Positions 34,415 through 41,722 of a stretch of DNA of 64,000 nt are shown here, piece after piece (the stretch's first letter is position 1; each line of letters starts with the position of its first letter). Made by a program: the position numbers and the translations under genes. This stretch comes from a virus. Below the pieces are notes generated by a model. It was not told the origin of the DNA and made no database searches. It worked only from the letters and a program-made list of their open reading frames with translations. The stretch is from the IMG/VR virus record IMGVR_UViG_3300045988_171858; one strand, given 5' to 3'.

Positions 34415-34433
34415 TTTTTGCCTTCGGCAAAAA
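34415..34433. terminator. bidirectional hairpin TTTTTGCC-TTC-GGCAAAAA
   Basis: Perfect 8-bp palindrome flanked by T and A runs. Confidence 0.5.
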
Positions 34434-34689
34434 TGATGGGTCCGCCGCGCCGGTCAATCTGATTTTGGGTCAATTATCACCCATCTGACCCCTGGGGGCT
34501 CAAATCAATGGGGTGTGGGTGTTTGGTTTTGGTCGGGCCGCCCATTTTAAAATTTTGTCATTTTTCACAGTCCCACGGGTTGACTTTTCTCATTGTTTCT
34601 GTTCTAATTGTTTCTACAGGGAGGGTCGCTCCCTCTTCTGTCTATTGATTCAGATTTTTAAAAAGCTTTTTAGAAAGTGATTTTGTTTT

Positions 34690-35196
34690 ATGGCAAATTT
34701 GCGACAATCAATCTATGGCGGCATGTCTGAGTTTCTGCTTCGTTCGGAGAAACAGGCACAGTTCACCGCTGCTGCGGCTGTTGGCGCTGCCGCCTTCGGC
34801 GGATATGGTGTTGCTAAGGGTGCCGTCTCTGATAACACCACCATGTTTGGTGGTGGTGTTGGTGGTGCAACCTTTGGTGCCGCTGCCGGGGCCGGATTGG
34901 CTTATGCAGCTTCAGGTGCTCATGGGAAGGGTCTCAGGAATGTTCTGAGGAACCTGAACAACAAATTTTCGGGAGCAGATCTTGCTGCCGAAGACATGAT
35001 CCGCCGGACAAAAGAAATCGGCATGTCTCCCCAACAATGGGAGAGTGCTGCATTGGCGAGAAAACAATACCAGTTCGGCGATATGAACTATAACACAAAC
35101 GACCTTGTCCATTCTGTTAAAAAGAACCGTGGTTTCCAAGATGTTTCAACCACAGGAAAGAAAGAATGGGAAGCCTGGTTTGACGGAGGGAAATGA
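34690..35196 (+). CDS. Gly/Ala-rich (glycine-zipper-like) protein (168 aa)
   Basis: ORF track. Contains AAAAVGAAAFGGYGVAKG...FGGGVGGATFGAAAGAGLAYAASGA. Confidence 0.7.
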   Translation: MANLRQSIYGGMSEFLLRSEKQAQFTAAAAVGAAAFGGYGVAKGAVSDNTTMFGGGVGGATFGAAAGAGLAYAASGAHGKGLRNVLRNLNNKFSGADLAAEDMIRRTKEIGMSPQQWESAALARKQYQFGDMNYNTNDLVHSVKKNRGFQDVSTTGKKEWEAWFDGGK

Positions 35197-35795
35197 TGGG
35201 ACTGTTTAACACATTCAATCGTGAGAGGGCTGCTTATCGTTCTGCTGCCCGTGCAGCTGACAATTCCCTTCGTAACAAAAGGGCTGTTTCAAGTGCCGGT
35301 TTCACTCTTGCTTCTGATGTTAGGGGCAAGTTTGGTTCTGCTGCTTTGGCAACTGGTGCTACATTTGGTACCGTCGGGTATGCATATAACACGGCTACCG
35401 GCGGTGATGATTTTAGTGGGGCTACAAACGGCATGATGGCCGGTGCCCTTATCGGTGGTGCCCGTGCTGCCGCTTCACTCACTAAAGCCGGTAGAGACGG
35501 ACGTATCATCAAATCAATCAGTCAGTTTAACAATCGGGCTAGAAATCCTAGTGCCCCATTGGACACATCGACATTCACTGAAGCCCTCTTCGGGGGGATG
35601 GGATCTTCTCTTGGCAAATTTAACAATGCCAGCAGAAGTCCTGTGAATCGGACTGCGGCGGCAGCTAAAGCTGCTAATGCATCCGGAGCCGGAAGTCGTA
35701 ACACATATGCCGGCTACAACGCCAGGGTTGTTGGAGACAATTTGACTAACAACTATGGCAAGAATCCTGGTGCAGATGGATTCTTTAAACTTTAA
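35193..35795 (+). CDS. Gly/Ala-rich protein (200 aa)
   Basis: ORF track. GGAGGG RBS. ATGA overlap with the upstream gene. Confidence 0.7.
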   Translation: MMGLFNTFNRERAAYRSAARAADNSLRNKRAVSSAGFTLASDVRGKFGSAALATGATFGTVGYAYNTATGGDDFSGATNGMMAGALIGGARAAASLTKAGRDGRIIKSISQFNNRARNPSAPLDTSTFTEALFGGMGSSLGKFNNASRSPVNRTAAAAKAANASGAGSRNTYAGYNARVVGDNLTNNYGKNPGADGFFKL

Positions 35796-35812
35796 ACTAG
35801 GGGAAAATAAAG

Positions 35813-36127
35813 ATGTCTGAACAAGACGAAAGTGCCGTTCTTGGTATTAAAATCCCGAAAAGCTTTAGCATCATCGGGTTGTTCTCTGCTCTTTGCTCTA
35901 TTGTATGGGGTTCATGGATTGGAGCGACTACAATGGCAAGAATGGAGTCTCAACAGGCAGCTATGGCAACTACCCTTGAACAGATTAAGTCCGATTTGGT
36001 CACTAAGAATGAGCTAGAATCTCGCGTTCAACTTATTAATGGCATGATTGACCGGAACAAGGAAGATCTTCGTCGTCACGAAGATAGAATTTCCAATCTG
36101 GAGGGCGAGCGCCGTAGAGGCCAATAA
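35813..36127 (+). CDS. N-terminal TM plus coiled-coil protein (104 aa; lysis-accessory candidate)
   Basis: ORF track. TM segment FSIIGLFSALCSIVWGSWIGA followed by a coiled coil. Confidence 0.65.
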   Translation: MSEQDESAVLGIKIPKSFSIIGLFSALCSIVWGSWIGATTMARMESQQAAMATTLEQIKSDLVTKNELESRVQLINGMIDRNKEDLRRHEDRISNLEGERRRGQ

Positions 36128-36145
36128 GATATAAAAGGAAGCTAT

Positions 36146-36451
36146 ATGGGAACTGTAAAAGGAAACCTGATTGCTTTCATATCTAGAAAACTGTTCTTCT
36201 CACTGTTAATCTTTGGTGTCTGTGCCTGGCTTCTCTCTATTGGGAAGCTGGAATCAGGCTCCTTCGAGACTATCACTATTTCTATCATAGCCGTCTATCT
36301 AACTTCGAACATTGCAACCAGATATACGGTATCGAAAGGTAAGCTTATTGCAGAGGCTGGGCAGGGTCAGCTTGCCCCGCCGCCTTCTCATGCCGAACCG
36401 GCAGAGTATGAGGAATATGTAGAAGACATAGAAAATGAGCCAAAAGGTTGA
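36146..36451 (+). CDS. holin candidate (101 aa, 2-3 TM segments, charged C-terminus)
   Basis: ORF track. AAGGAAG RBS. Lies two genes upstream of the lysozyme. Confidence 0.6.
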   Translation: MGTVKGNLIAFISRKLFFSLLIFGVCAWLLSIGKLESGSFETITISIIAVYLTSNIATRYTVSKGKLIAEAGQGQLAPPPSHAEPAEYEEYVEDIENEPKG

Positions 36452-36492
36452 TTTATAACACTTTTCTTTGAAACAGAGGAAACCAGATTAAA

Positions 36493-36981
36493 ATGTTGTT
36501 AGAACGATTGAAACAAAACTCAGCGATTCGCAGGCAATTTGGCGTCCATGGTCGAATCAGACTTCGATTTAAGGATGGGAAAGAGGCCTTTATCTACACG
36601 CTGGAGTCCCCGTGGGACTATAATCATGACGAGCCTAACGGCATTGTTGGTCTTAGCTGTATTAAAGATGGTGTTTATCAACTTTCTATTGAAGAATCTC
36701 CCGTTCATAAGATAAAATTACCGTTTCTCGTCAATCCTCAAAATGGGGTCCAGTTGCATCAGAAGAATGCGGCAACAGACCGGTGTGGGCATGCCTTTTG
36801 CCATATTGTCGACAGGGATATTTATAGTATTTACGGGAGATATATTCTAATTGGGGCTGATACTAGATATAATAGCCAGGGTTTCTATGAGCCAATAGAA
36901 GGGTATAAGGCGTATACCCTATTGATGAAATATTTAGAAGAAACCGGCGATAAGGAGGTAAAGATTACATGGGTGAATTGA
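36493..36981 (+). CDS. hypothetical protein (162 aa), possibly DUF5675-like
   Basis: ORF track. The pattern YTLESPWDYN...GLSCIKDGVY... loosely recalls DUF5675 phage proteins. This is weak. Confidence 0.65.
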   Translation: MLLERLKQNSAIRRQFGVHGRIRLRFKDGKEAFIYTLESPWDYNHDEPNGIVGLSCIKDGVYQLSIEESPVHKIKLPFLVNPQNGVQLHQKNAATDRCGHAFCHIVDRDIYSIYGRYILIGADTRYNSQGFYEPIEGYKAYTLLMKYLEETGDKEVKITWVN

Positions 36982-37466
36982 TTAAGGATTTTAGCCCTAA
37001 CTGCGTCAAACTTACGGAACACTTCGAGGGTGTCGTTTTGCACAAGTATGATGACGGCGTTGGTAAAATCACCATTGGGATTGGGCACGCCATTAAACCT
37101 GGCGAAACCTTTCCTGAGAAGATTACCCCTGAGTTTGCAAGGGAATTGCTGATGAGGGATTTGCAGATTGCTAAAAATGCAATCCTGAAGAATGTGAAAG
37201 TTCCTCTGAACCAGTGTCAATTTGACGCTCTCGGTGTCTTCATTTTTAATGTTGGAGCATCTGCTTTTGCTAGCTCCACTCTATTGAAGAAACTCAATGC
37301 GGGCGACTATGATGGCGCCTCTAAAGAGTTTATTCGCTGGAACAAAGGGAGAGTTAAAGGTGTGCTTGTTGAAATGCCGGGTCTTACTAGACGTCGGTTT
37401 GCCGAGCAGAAGCTGTTTAACTCGAATCCAGCGTTTGGTAACCCTCTAAAATTCATTATCCAATAA
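36969..37466 (+). CDS. endolysin, GH24 phage lysozyme
   Basis: AAGGAGG RBS. Contains LTEHFEG (catalytic Glu), YDDGVGKITIGIGH (Asp/Thr) and FDALGVFIFNVGASAF, which is the T4/lambda-type lysozyme pattern. Confidence 0.85.
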   Translation: MGELIKDFSPNCVKLTEHFEGVVLHKYDDGVGKITIGIGHAIKPGETFPEKITPEFARELLMRDLQIAKNAILKNVKVPLNQCQFDALGVFIFNVGASAFASSTLLKKLNAGDYDGASKEFIRWNKGRVKGVLVEMPGLTRRRFAEQKLFNSNPAFGNPLKFIIQ

Positions 37467-37469
37467 AAT

Positions 37470-37505
37470 AAGCTCCAGGGTGTTTGCCCCGGAGCTTTTC
37501 TTTTT
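37470..37505. terminator. bidirectional intrinsic terminator between convergent genes
   Basis: AAGCTCCAGGG-TGTTTG-CCCCGGAGCTT followed by TTCTTTTT. On the minus strand the mismatch becomes a G.U pair, followed by ATTTTATT. Confidence 0.8.
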
Positions 37506-38370
37506 AGCTGATTGGATTAGAACGGAAGGAAGTTGAGAATGAGTACATCACCTCTCTGTAAACCAGAGGTAGATTTTTAACCATTCTTGCGTCGGTTGAA
37601 TCATCTACTTCTTTGATTCTCAGATTTGAGACGGAGAATTTATTTTCTAAGTCTCGGATAGAATCCTCGCCGTATTCCAATGCAAGGAAATCCATCAGTC
37701 CTGTTACTGTTTTGAATGGATTGTCTTCGCCGTCTTTTAGGCCGTCTTCAATTTCGGCGATTAGCGATTTTGGCATACAGAGATTGATTTTCATCTCTTT
37801 GTGTGGAACCCATTTCATCGCTCTATTGTAGTTGATTGCTGTATTGACCAGCATTGCAACCAATTCTTTCGGAGGAACCACATAGCCATCTAGGCTTTGT
37901 TCTACTACTGCTGTGTAGTTGGTTCTATATTCGCCTACTGCCAGTTTACGAAGCTCTGGGATCGGTTTATCTTTTAGAACTTCGTATGGCTGCTTGTATG
38001 TGTAACGGTAAACTGGATATTCAATAATTGCGGCGCTCAAGAAGTATTTATTTTTCAGCTCTTCAATTCCGCGCATTGAAGTTCGTTCTTCTCGGTTTAC
38101 CATATAGATCAATGGGTAAATATTAACTTCATCGCAGGCAAACAGAGGGTTGCGCATTTTTCTTTCGTAGAAGATTTTTCCGACCTCATTGTTTACAGTT
38201 TCATTTGAAGCCCATACATCACGAACACCAGTATTGTCATTATAAGCCACACGAGGAGTGAGACACATGGCACAGGTAGAGCCAAGGTTATAATAAGTAA
38301 TACGTTCTGGTTGTGATTGGAAAAATTGATCTTGCAGAAATTCGCTTTTGCTCATTTTGTATTCTTTCAT
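37504..38370 (-). CDS. hypothetical immediate-early protein (288 aa)
   Basis: ORF track. Start is ATG 38370 (or 38355), about 50 nt downstream of a near-consensus sigma70 promoter. The GTG at 38415 would sit almost at the transcription start. Confidence 0.7.
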   Translation of the reverse strand: MKEYKMSKSEFLQDQFFQSQPERITYYNLGSTCAMCLTPRVAYNDNTGVRDVWASNETVNNEVGKIFYERKMRNPLFACDEVNIYPLIYMVNREERTSMRGIEELKNKYFLSAAIIEYPVYRYTYKQPYEVLKDKPIPELRKLAVGEYRTNYTAVVEQSLDGYVVPPKELVAMLVNTAINYNRAMKWVPHKEMKINLCMPKSLIAEIEDGLKDGEDNPFKTVTGLMDFLALEYGEDSIRDLENKFSVSNLRIKEVDDSTDARMVKNLPLVYREVMYSFSTSFRSNPIS

Positions 38371-38426
38371 TGTTGTTATTATTCTTGTTATAAGGTTGCT
38401 TCCGACATCCCTCACTACAGATATGT

Positions 38427-38455
38427 ATTATACGGAAAATGAACATAAAAGTCAA
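38427..38455 (-). promoter_or_regulatory. sigma70-type promoter (minus strand)
   Basis: Minus strand reads TTGACT-17 nt-TATAAT. Confidence 0.75.
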
Positions 38456-38516
38456 GTTTTTTATGATTTTTCTTCTCTTTAAAATCAATGGCTTATAAAA
38501 TAGTCTAAAAATCTTC

Positions 38517-38546
38517 TTGACTTCAACCATATTTTTAGTGTACAAT
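38517..38546 (+). promoter_or_regulatory. sigma70-type promoter P1 (plus strand)
   Basis: TTGACT-18 nt-TACAAT, with TG immediately upstream of the -10 element. Confidence 0.65.
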
Positions 38547-38589
38547 TGATCATTTTGTTGATAAGAAATGTAAAGATTACAAATAGTGC

Positions 38590-38618
38590 TTGACAAGCGG
38601 GTTAAAAATCCGTATAAT
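38590..38618 (+). promoter_or_regulatory. consensus sigma70 promoter P2 (plus strand)
   Basis: TTGACA-17 nt-TATAAT, a perfect match to consensus. Confidence 0.8.
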
Positions 38619-38625
38619 AGCACCT

Positions 38626-39585
38626 ATGATGTTGATGACGGAAGAACACCGTGTCGGGATAATCTACGGCGTCCGGTCTTCAAGAGACATCATCTTACTG
38701 TGAATTAGTCCTAGAGAAATCTAAATAACCTCGAGAGGCGAGGTCGGATGAGACAGTAATGAAACTCCTAGACGTGGGCGAGCCTAACCAAAGGAGTCAG
38801 TCGAAAACTCGTTGTTGAAGTAGCGTAAACTCCCTGATACAAACTCCCTGATTCAAAGTAATGTATCAAAGTAATACGAGAGGTGGCGAGTATAAATAAA
38901 TTTCCTGTTATGCAGTGGATTGTAACCGAAAATGATACAAGTAGGCCACATGGGAAGATGAAACATCTCTGGTCTTGTAGAGATAGCATATTGAGCTACA
39001 AGATGATACCGAAAGGTATGACTATAAATGGAAGTATAAACGGTCCATGGATTGAGTTCCTTGGAGGGTCAAGATGGGTGAAGAAAAAGCCTAGGGCATA
39101 GTTCTCTTACAATTAGGATTATGTCAGTAAGACATCTACGTTGTACAACAAGGTTAGACTGGGTTTAGTTAGATTAGATTCTAACTAGAAGACTGTATCA
39201 ATTTTTGTCTTCTAACCGTGCTTGGTTAGGCCTAACTGTATCTACAGAAAACGTAAACTTCCATAAGAAACGTATAATAGAGGCAAGTTTACTAAGATAA
39301 CTTCCGATTATAATAATAGATCGGCCGCGCAGGAGCGGCCCGGATAAAAGAAAAGAAACTTCCCAAAGCAAAAAGAAACTTACTGCAGATAGATAATATA
39401 ATCTATCGATACAAAGAATACTTATTACCCTATTGATGTAGATAATACATAGGCTGCTACCGCAGCCCTAAGTTACCAATAGGAAAATAAACATAGGCTT
39501 AGGATACTTACTTAAGCTTGTTGTAGTCTACAATTATATTTGATAATATTTGGAGGTAGCTTGATGCTACCTCCTATTTTATTTT
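38626..39585 (+). ncRNA. candidate ~0.95-kb non-coding early transcript
   Basis: Starts just after P2 and ends at a strong terminator. No ORF has a credible RBS. Many local hairpins and short tandem repeats. Confidence 0.3.
39552..39585 (+). terminator. intrinsic terminator
   Basis: GGAGGTAGC-TTGAT-GCTACCTCC followed by TATTTTATTTT. Confidence 0.85.
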
Positions 39586-39894
39586 GCAAGAGAAACTTAC
39601 TTAAGCAAATAATACTTACTGCTTCCTGTATTGGATGTATCCTATGGAAGCTTTTTAGAGATGTTCTGCTAAATCGTGGTTACACTGTCAGATTTAGTTC
39701 CTAGGTCATATATCCGGTTATTGCCTATGACCATGATTTAGCCTATACTAAATTATTCGATAGTAAAATAAGAATTCAGATTCTATTGCAAATTATACGG
39801 ATCTACTGTCTGCATCTATTTCCGTTTCCCTTGTTTTTAGTATTATGATGTAGTAAGAATAAGAATAATAATTTAACTCAGGATAATTAGTTCA

Positions 39895-41220
39895 ATGGCT
39901 ATTCCAAATAAAGAAATCCAAGAAATGTTCGACTTATCTGCAGGTATTATCTCTGCTCATGAAATGAGGGAAAAAGAGAAAACTAAGACCAAAACAGAAG
40001 TTGAAAAAACAGTATCTATGATACAAGAAAAAGAATCCAAATCTATTCCGATTCTATTTTCAGCTAGAGGCATCAAAGTTGCTGACAATAAGATTACAAG
40101 AGCTAGATACCTAGATGCTCTATCTCTAGATAACAAATTATACGAAAGTATTGTTCTTACTGAATCTGAAGCATTGGCATTCAGTACAAGTCTACGCCGT
40201 TCTACAGATGGTGGTATTTCCACTTACTCACCTATGATTTGCAGAGGTTCAAACTGCAAAGTAAAAGAGACATGCTTAACTGGTGATGCAATGGTCTCTA
40301 TGCACGACGGTAAACAAGTAAGAATCGACCGTATTAAAAGCGGCGATAAAATCATTTCATTCAATACGAGAACAAAACGTATTGAGCAAGACACTGTATA
40401 TGCAACGGCATATGTTGGCGAAGAGTTGGTGTATGAAATTACCACTACCGCCGGCCATTGCATTAAGGCAACATCAAACCATCCGTTCTTTGCAATAAAA
40501 GGACGAGGTTCAAAATTCAAGTTCTTATCAATCGATGATGGACTTACAGTAGGCAGCAAGCTAGTGTATGAAGACCTATTCAGCGAAGAAGAGAATTCAT
40601 ATGGAGACTGCCTAATTACCAAGATCGAATCCATAGAGACTGTTGGTGTTCTTCCAGTCTATGATATTCAGGTCTTTAAAAACTCTAATTTCTTTGCAGA
40701 AGGGCTACTTGTCCATAACTGCCAGTTGCATAAGATGAACAAGGCCCCGGTGGGAGCTCCGTGTATTTATGAACAGGATTACTTGCGCAGCCAGACGGAA
40801 AGGTACTTCGAAGAGTTTAATGTTCAACCAGACAGCCCGACGGAAATGCAGATGGTTGCAGAACTCGCAGAAATCGACCTCTATGAAAGGAGAGTTACCC
40901 AAATCCTCTCATTGACCCACCAAGACTTTAGCCAAGAAGACCTGATGGGTTTTGATGCCGGCGGTAATATGATTGCCCGTGATGATATTTCAAGGTATCT
41001 AAACATCAAAGAGAAACTGAAGAACAGAAGAAGCAAACTTCTAGAATCACTAATGGCGACGAGGAAAGAACGTGCTAAGATTGCTGTTCAGGCATCTGGC
41101 GCAGGTGTCGGAAACGGAAGTCAGTCACTCAAAGATAAACTTGATATGCTTACTGCTGCAACACGAGGACAGTATAGAGACCCATCAGTGATAAATGGTT
41201 CGAAAAATGACACAAACTAA
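39895..41220 (+). CDS. intein-containing protein; Cys-rich extein (292 aa), possibly a packaging accessory or small terminase
   Basis: ORF track. First gene of the plus-strand packaging module. After splicing the extein would read ...ICRGSNCKVKET|CQLHKMNKAPVGAPC... The extein function is not recognised. Confidence 0.8.
   Translation: MAIPNKEIQEMFDLSAGIISAHEMREKEKTKTKTEVEKTVSMIQEKESKSIPILFSARGIKVADNKITRARYLDALSLDNKLYESIVLTESEALAFSTSLRRSTDGGISTYSPMICRGSNCKVKETCLTGDAMVSMHDGKQVRIDRIKSGDKIISFNTRTKRIEQDTVYATAYVGEELVYEITTTAGHCIKATSNHPFFAIKGRGSKFKFLSIDDGLTVGSKLVYEDLFSEEENSYGDCLITKIESIETVGVLPVYDIQVFKNSNFFAEGLLVHNCQLHKMNKAPVGAPCIYEQDYLRSQTERYFEEFNVQPDSPTEMQMVAELAEIDLYERRVTQILSLTHQDFSQEDLMGFDAGGNMIARDDISRYLNIKEKLKNRRSKLLESLMATRKERAKIAVQASGAGVGNGSQSLKDKLDMLTAATRGQYRDPSVINGSKNDTN
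40273..40719 (+). mobile_element. mini-intein (149 aa, no homing-endonuclease domain)
   Basis: Block A CLTGDAMVSM, block B TSNHPFF, block F VYDIQVFKNSNFFAEG, block G LLVHN followed by +1 Cys. Confidence 0.85.
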
Positions 41221-41722
41221 AAAGGTCACCAATAAGGTCAAGCGTAGTAAAAAGAGAAGCTTGCCAAAGCCTAAGAATACAAAAGAAGAGCATATTAAAA
41301 AGAACGGCGCCTATTTTAATAAGGGCAAGAAGTACCGCTCTGGGAAATACTTCTCCATAAAGGCCGGTAGAGAGATTGAGTACCGCAGCCTATACGAATA
41401 CGCGTTCTATAAAGGCATGGATTCTGACAATAGTGTTATCAAATATATTGTAGAGCCAATGAAGATTCCATATACAGACAGCTCTGGACTAAGAAGAAAC
41501 TACATCCCCGACGTATTGGTCCTATATACAACAGGCGAAGTAGAGCTGTGTGAAATCAAACCATCATCGGCAAAGAAAGCAATAAACGTACAGCTAAAAG
41601 CAAGGGCGGCAGTTGCATTCTTGAAAGACAACAGAATCAATGCCAAATATAGATTCATTACAGAAAAAGAAATCTTCGAGAAAGATGGCGACTACCGTAA
41701 ACTGCTCAAGGAAGTAAAATGA
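41195..41722 (+). CDS. TnsA-N-like / PD-(D/E)xK endonuclease-fold protein with basic N-terminus
   Basis: Contains YRSLYEYAFYKGMDSD..V..Y.VEP.KIPY......RRNYIPDVLVLY..GEVELCEIKP, matching the TnsA-N / restriction-endonuclease-like pattern. The start could be 41195 or 41207. Confidence 0.65.
   Translation: MVRKMTQTKKVTNKVKRSKKRSLPKPKNTKEEHIKKNGAYFNKGKKYRSGKYFSIKAGREIEYRSLYEYAFYKGMDSDNSVIKYIVEPMKIPYTDSSGLRRNYIPDVLVLYTTGEVELCEIKPSSAKKAINVQLKARAAVAFLKDNRINAKYRFITEKEIFEKDGDYRKLLKEVK

Noticed and set aside
34176-34488. Plus-strand ORFs 34176..34436 and 34183..34488.
   Set aside because: They read through the tandem TCCTCACAC repeats, giving His/Thr/Ser-rich repetitive translations. No RBS is present.
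38883-39101. 72-aa plus-strand ORF inside the candidate ncRNA.
   Set aside because: The GTG start is directly adjacent to its only SD-like sequence, and the internal ATGs lack properly spaced RBSs. I kept it only as a caveat to the ncRNA hypothesis.
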